64,000 bases of DNA from NCBI GenBank assembly GCA_902385255.1, contig CABMEV010000003.1, positions 64,813 to 128,812 on the forward strand, in the 5' to 3' direction. Made by a program: the position numbers and the translations under genes. Each line of letters begins with the position of its first letter. The first letter of the stretch is position 1. The notes below the pieces were generated by a model. The model saw only the letters and a list, made by a program, of their open reading frames with translations, was not told the DNA's origin and ran no database searches. This document shows, in pieces, positions 59,391-64,000 of the stretch. Source of the DNA: Candidatus Tiddalikarchaeum anstoanum (lineage in GTDB: Archaea > Nanobdellota > Nanobdellia > Tiddalikarchaeales > Tiddalikarchaeaceae).

Positions 59391-59411
59391 GTTTCGGTGC
59401 TCGTACCCTGC
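59391..59411 (+). repeat. Degenerate direct repeat of the tRNA-Leu 3' end (att-like)
   Basis: TTTCGGTGCTCGTACCCTGCA versus tRNA 3' end GTTCGATACTCGTACCCCGCA (17 of 21 identical), 50 nt downstream of the tRNA. Confidence 0.4.
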
Positions 59412-59477
59412 AATAACCTATTTAAACCACTAATTAGTAGTAACATTTTTAAATAGATTTTTTTCTAATATACTCAA

Positions 59478-60077
59478 ATGATTGACAGCATTAATATAAG
59501 GGGTTTGGATTTTAAGCTTTCAAATATTGAAGATTGCAATTCGATAAAGTCTCATGTTCAAACTAAGTCAGATCCTTTTTCAGTTGCGGTCCGCGACTTG
59601 CTTAGAGTTTATGAAACTGTTAATTCGTTAACAAATTATTATGAAGAATTAAATAAGTTAAACAACGATTTATACAGAATTAATGACAATGACTTGCTTC
59701 TTGGCAAAATACACGAATTTGGCAATGTATTAAGCAAAGATTTTGTTATGCTTGATAACATTTACAAAAATATAAATGAGTCAATACGTGACGTTTTAAA
59801 ATATAAATCCGTTGTCGCCCCAAATTATGACCAAACGGAACTTCTTTTTTCAAATATTGAAAGATTCACAAGCCACCAAATTAGAATACGCAATATGACG
59901 CCTTATTTATTGCAGCTTCTTCATTCACCTAATATTAATAATCCAAATGTGGCAAAGAATATGGAATTTTTTATGAAATCGTTTTCAACTGAATTAGATT
60001 TTTTCAAAAATGATTATGAACCAATGACAACGCAATTATCAAGGTGCATTAAAAACTTAGTACCAAAAATAACTTAA
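59478..60077 (+). CDS. Hypothetical protein
   Basis: 199 aa, no motif recognised. Confidence 0.25.
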   Translation: MIDSINIRGLDFKLSNIEDCNSIKSHVQTKSDPFSVAVRDLLRVYETVNSLTNYYEELNKLNNDLYRINDNDLLLGKIHEFGNVLSKDFVMLDNIYKNINESIRDVLKYKSVVAPNYDQTELLFSNIERFTSHQIRIRNMTPYLLQLLHSPNINNPNVAKNMEFFMKSFSTELDFFKNDYEPMTTQLSRCIKNLVPKIT

Positions 60078-60078
60078 A

Positions 60079-61353
60079 TTATTCGCCTTTGAAGTCGACT
60101 ATTTTGAATACTGGCCATTTGAGCTTTTTTCTGCCTTTTAATTCCGGAAGTTCAACTATGAATCCTACTTCAACAACTTTTCCGCCAAGTTTTTCTATCA
60201 AATTCCCTGCAGCTAAAGCTGTTCCTCCAGTAGCCAGTAAATCATCGAGCAATAATATTCTCTGGCCATGCTTGATAGCATCCTTATGTATCTCAATGGT
60301 AGCCTGTCCGTACTCTAAGTCATAAGATTCACTGACTGTTTCAGCAGGAAGTTTCCCCTTCTTACGGATTAATATGACACCTTTCCCTAGTTTTGAAGCG
60401 AGCGCCGAGGCGAGAACAAAACCCCTGCTTTCAATTCCAGCTATTAAGTCAATATCAATATTCTTATAATGTTCTTCAAGAATATCCAGCATCAATCTGA
60501 AACCTTCAGCATCCTTCAATAATGTTGTAATATCCCTAAACATTATTCCTTTCTTCGGCCAGTCTGGAACGGTGCGAATAAGACTCTTAATATATTCCTC
60601 TTCTTTTTTTTCATTTAATGATTCTACAACCTTGACCAATAATTTCTTCATCTTATCGGCATTCTCATTGAATATCTTCAGTATGTCATCCCAGCTTACT
60701 GGCATTTCATCAGTCTTCCAGCAGTCATAATCCGTAGACATCGCAATTCCTGCATATTCAATTTCTGCCTCCCTTGCAAGGATAGCTTCAGGAGCAATAC
60801 TCATGTTTATCACATCAGCACCCCATTGCCTGAACATTTTGCTCTCAGCTACGGTTGAAAACCTAGGCCCTTCAATGGTTACTACCGTGCCTTCTTTGTG
60901 AAAATTGTACTTTAAACGTTCGCACTCGTCTATGATTTTTTTCCTCAAGAATCCGGAAAAAGGATTTGCCAAGCTTACGTGTTTCGGGCCGTCCTTGAAG
61001 TCGTCAAAAAAAGAAAGTATCCTCCTTCTTGTAAAATCAATAAAGTCAGATAATACAACAAAATCTCCGCGCCCAATCTCCTCGCGCAGTGAACCAACTG
61101 CTGTTGTTGCTATTATATGAGTGCATCCTAGATTCTTTAATGCCTGTATGTTTGCCCTGTTATTTACAAAAGTGGGAGGGATTTGGTGTTTTTTTCCATG
61201 CCTGGCAAGTATGTAAACATCGGTATTGTTTAACTTGCCGTATGTTATTGTTGAGGAAGGTTTGCCATAAACAGTGTCTATATCCACTTCTTTGCAGTCT
61301 TTCAATATCTTCGGGTCATCCAATCCGCTGCCGCCAATAATGCCCACTTTCAT
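60079..61353 (-). CDS. Fusion protein: S-methyl-5'-thioadenosine phosphorylase (N-terminal) and adenine phosphoribosyltransferase (C-terminal)
   Basis: N-terminal half: KVGIIGGSGL...HGKKHQIPPTFVNNRANIQAL...ATTAVGSL...TIEGPRFSTVAES...GADVINMS (MTAP). C-terminal half: ESRGFVLASALA...VILIRKKGKLPAE...LLLDDLLATGGT (APRT PRPP-binding). Confidence 0.75.
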   Translation of the reverse strand: MKVGIIGGSGLDDPKILKDCKEVDIDTVYGKPSSTITYGKLNNTDVYILARHGKKHQIPPTFVNNRANIQALKNLGCTHIIATTAVGSLREEIGRGDFVVLSDFIDFTRRRILSFFDDFKDGPKHVSLANPFSGFLRKKIIDECERLKYNFHKEGTVVTIEGPRFSTVAESKMFRQWGADVINMSIAPEAILAREAEIEYAGIAMSTDYDCWKTDEMPVSWDDILKIFNENADKMKKLLVKVVESLNEKKEEEYIKSLIRTVPDWPKKGIMFRDITTLLKDAEGFRLMLDILEEHYKNIDIDLIAGIESRGFVLASALASKLGKGVILIRKKGKLPAETVSESYDLEYGQATIEIHKDAIKHGQRILLLDDLLATGGTALAAGNLIEKLGGKVVEVGFIVELPELKGRKKLKWPVFKIVDFKGE

Positions 61354-61449
61354 GAAAAATAATGAAATTATCACTTAATTAAAAAGCTTTTATTAAAAAT
61401 CGTATTAAAAAGATATTTAAACAATAATTTTTAGCTACTTTTACTGCAA

Positions 61450-62106
61450 ATGGTTTCAACCAATTTCAAATACCAAGTATTCGCCCAAAACGGGGCCGAG
61501 CGGTTATTAAAATGCGTAAAATTTGGAATGCAGAAATCAGTGGATATATATAATGAAGTGTTAAACAGGAATGAATCACTGGATTTTAAAGTGAGAGATT
61601 TTTCAGAAATAAATTATAACCCTGAAATTATGCATATAAAAAATCCGCATATGAAAATAAGCCTGATATACATAAAAATGCAGAAAGAATTGTCACAGTC
61701 AAACTCTTATCTTATATTCTTGATTAACAGATTCAGGGACGAATATTTGAACCATGAATACTTAGGCCATACGAATGTTTTTCCTGCGAATGAGGGGCAG
61801 AAGCAGAATGTTCTAATAACGCTGAACTTGTTCATAAACGAGTCATTGAAGAATAAGGATTTCAATTTCATATCTACATTTTTAGGATTCCATGAACAAA
61901 TGCATGCAATAACTGATGCAGCAGAGAGAAACGGCATGGAACACTGCACTAACCTTGGATGCGGCCTGGCAGACATGTCCACTCCAGGCTGGGATGCAGA
62001 TACGCATATTAAGAATATGTCTTATACGTTTTCAAGAGAGAAGCGTTTCGAGATTTGCAGCTACTGCCGAGGCCTTGTAGAGCAGAGTTTTAACCTAATG
62101 CAATAG
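61450..62106 (+). CDS. Putative HExxH zinc metallopeptidase-like protein with C-terminal Cys cluster (SprT/Wss1-like candidate)
   Basis: FHEQMHAITD (HExxH) followed by CTNLGCG ... CSYCRG. Family assignment by motif only. Confidence 0.35.
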   Translation: MVSTNFKYQVFAQNGAERLLKCVKFGMQKSVDIYNEVLNRNESLDFKVRDFSEINYNPEIMHIKNPHMKISLIYIKMQKELSQSNSYLIFLINRFRDEYLNHEYLGHTNVFPANEGQKQNVLITLNLFINESLKNKDFNFISTFLGFHEQMHAITDAAERNGMEHCTNLGCGLADMSTPGWDADTHIKNMSYTFSREKRFEICSYCRGLVEQSFNLMQ

Positions 62107-62147
62107 CGCAACATTTTTAATAATAATCATTTAGCAACTATATTATA

Positions 62148-63146
62148 ATGCTCACTAAGTTTGGGAATAAAATAAAGCAGTTCGCGTACGGAATCAGAAT
62201 AATGTTCAATAATGAAGAATATCACAGGGTTTTAAACCACGACGAATTCCTGAAGAGAAAAACAGAGAAGTATCGGCAAAAACTTCAAATGTATAAGAAG
62301 GAATCTTTCAACCGCGGAAAGTATGAAGGCCAGGATGAGTATAAAAGGTATATTAATGATAATTTTTCCAATCTTGCAGAGAATTTGGGAATAACAATTC
62401 TTCCCGGCGACTGCTGTCTCGAAGATGTATTGTTAAAAATAAAAGAGGCTGAATCTTTTAAAAAATTACTCGGCAAAAAAGAAACAAGATATGATGCATT
62501 AACGGCGTTATGCATGAAGAAGATGAATTCAACATTCACTCCGTACATCAACCAGCTTACGAGTTATGTAAAAGAGTACTCCCCTGAAGTTGTTGAAAAA
62601 GTCGAGAAAGGTGTATTAAACGGATTAATAAATTACTTATCGCTCTGCTGCAACTTGGTTAACTTTGATGATTATGCATTATTAGACACTAGTTATATAA
62701 GTAAATTCAGGGAGACTAACAGTTCCAAGGCATTAAGGTGTGATAATCTGCATCCTAACATTAAGGGGATGATACTTCCAGTAGCTGCAATAAAGGAATA
62801 CTACGCGATGATTAATGAATACCGCGACATCAGAATTGCAAAAAGAGTCAAAAGCGACATCATACAATTATTATCAAACCCGAATCTTATGATTATCCCT
62901 ATGTCTAAATCTTTAGAGTACTTGGACAAGGAGACTGTTGACATATTCTGCGATGAGAATAACGGGCATAAGAAGTATCACAAAGCTGACTTACAGATAA
63001 TAAGCTTTTATAAAAAATTCGGCCACCAATTCTCGAACTTATACCTGCTTGCCATAGACCAGGATTTATGGGCTGAGATGGAAAAATTATCCAAATCCAG
63101 GAATAACCTATCTATTATATCAAACAAGCTTACTAAAATTTTATAA
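62148..63146 (+). CDS. Hypothetical protein
   Basis: 332 aa, no motif recognised. Confidence 0.25.
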   Translation: MLTKFGNKIKQFAYGIRIMFNNEEYHRVLNHDEFLKRKTEKYRQKLQMYKKESFNRGKYEGQDEYKRYINDNFSNLAENLGITILPGDCCLEDVLLKIKEAESFKKLLGKKETRYDALTALCMKKMNSTFTPYINQLTSYVKEYSPEVVEKVEKGVLNGLINYLSLCCNLVNFDDYALLDTSYISKFRETNSSKALRCDNLHPNIKGMILPVAAIKEYYAMINEYRDIRIAKRVKSDIIQLLSNPNLMIIPMSKSLEYLDKETVDIFCDENNGHKKYHKADLQIISFYKKFGHQFSNLYLLAIDQDLWAEMEKLSKSRNNLSIISNKLTKIL

Positions 63147-63169
63147 AAAACCGGCTTGTTAAAAATATT

Positions 63170-63385
63170 ATGCCAGTTGCAAAAATAATTGAGTTAATAG
63201 GCACGTCTAATCAGAGTTTTGAAGATGCAGTACAGCAAGTAATAAAGAGGGCAACAAAGACTTTAAGGCATGTCTCAGGATTGCACATAGTAAGCCAGAA
63301 GATTAATCTTAGTGAAGGAAAAATAGTGGAATACAGGGTTAATGTTAAAGTTGCTTTCGGAATAGATGACCTGAAAAAGAAATAA
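63170..63385 (+). CDS. Dodecin-family small flavin-binding protein
   Basis: 71 aa; IGTSNQSFEDAVQQ...GKIVEYRVNVKVAF matches dodecin pattern as recalled. Confidence 0.55.
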   Translation: MPVAKIIELIGTSNQSFEDAVQQVIKRATKTLRHVSGLHIVSQKINLSEGKIVEYRVNVKVAFGIDDLKKK

Positions 63386-63387
63386 AA

Positions 63388-63909
63388 TTACTTGAATAAT
63401 TTTTCAAAGCTAACGCGAACTCTTTCAAAATTATCTATACCTAAATAGTTAGCCCATGCTTTAATCTCGGAACCGTTAAACAATTCGTATTTATCCTTGG
63501 CGCAGCTTGCAAAAAGCACAGGCAAGTCATACTTTACTGCGCGCTTCATATTCTCAGCCATCCTTCTTATAATCCTTCCTCTCTTTGAATGCTCGCTTGT
63601 TAACAACAAGTTAAGATTAAACACCAAGGCTATCTTCTTCTCGAACATGAAATTGGCAGCACTATCATCAATTCCCCCCTTGACGTGCTGCAGGCTGTCT
63701 TTAGGGTATAATAGTTCAGCATTGATTACGCCTGAAGGCAAACCCATTTTTAAGCCCTTATCTAATACGTCGTCAGTCTTCGGGCTTAAGAATACTATGT
63801 CATTTTTCTGGAATTTTAAATCATCAGCTATTTTAGCACTTCCAGTATGGATGTGAAACTGTCTCTTCTCATCAGGGCTTATATTGTATAATACGCACGC
63901 GTCAAACAT
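63388..63909 (-). CDS. rnp3: RNase P protein subunit Rpp30 (Rnp3)
   Basis: Aligns by eye with Pyrococcus Rpp30 as recalled (D...A..M..KK.AL.F.L..LL.S ... KY ... F.S.A). At 173 aa it is shorter than typical. Confidence 0.55.
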   Translation of the reverse strand: MFDACVLYNISPDEKRQFHIHTGSAKIADDLKFQKNDIVFLSPKTDDVLDKGLKMGLPSGVINAELLYPKDSLQHVKGGIDDSAANFMFEKKIALVFNLNLLLTSEHSKRGRIIRRMAENMKRAVKYDLPVLFASCAKDKYELFNGSEIKAWANYLGIDNFERVRVSFEKLFK

Positions 63910-64000
63910 AACTTAAAAATAATAATCAGGCTTTTTTATTAGTTGTCTTTCTCCATTTGTAAAAACGAAATCGCTTCATCAAGACTTGTGGAGTATTTCT

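Noticed and set aside
63929-64000. Possible 3' end of a minus-strand gene (L15e-like?) at the window edge upstream of Rpp30
   Set aside because: Only about 24 codons are visible and the similarity to L15e C-termini is too weak to call; frame is also ambiguous.

Overview
AT-rich archaeal chromosomal segment, probably from a small-genome (DPANN-like) archaeon; all calls are from reading the ORF translations and DNA by eye, with no database search run. The window carries core archaeal information-processing genes: RFC small and large subunits, TBP, MCM, an RPA32-like OB-fold protein, aIF2-beta, aIF5B, the L7Ae-S28e-L24e operon, and an exosome superoperon (Pop5, proteasome alpha, SBDS, Rrp4, Rrp41, Rrp42, RpoK, S2, Memo-like), plus RNase J, Taw3 and RNase P Rpp30. 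Accessory content includes a cell-surface protein island (1-3613 and 7828-11877), a lipid locus mixing archaeal enzymes (CarS, CDP-alcohol phosphatidyltransferase) with bacterial-type ones (GpsA, PlsY-like), a PhnN-like kinase, a P-type ATPase and an MTAP-APRT fusion. One tRNA-Leu(CAG) was found; no rRNA or CRISPR array was seen. The most unusual items are a large protein next to MCM whose Ras-like GTPase motifs occur in permuted order, a roughly 5.8 kb tRNA-associated insertion splitting the conserved Rpp30-Pop5 neighbourhood, and two conserved genes (S28e, Nudix) interrupted at poly-A runs. No single candidate stands out as a clearly defined novel multi-gene system; several blocks of unrecognisable proteins remain candidates.
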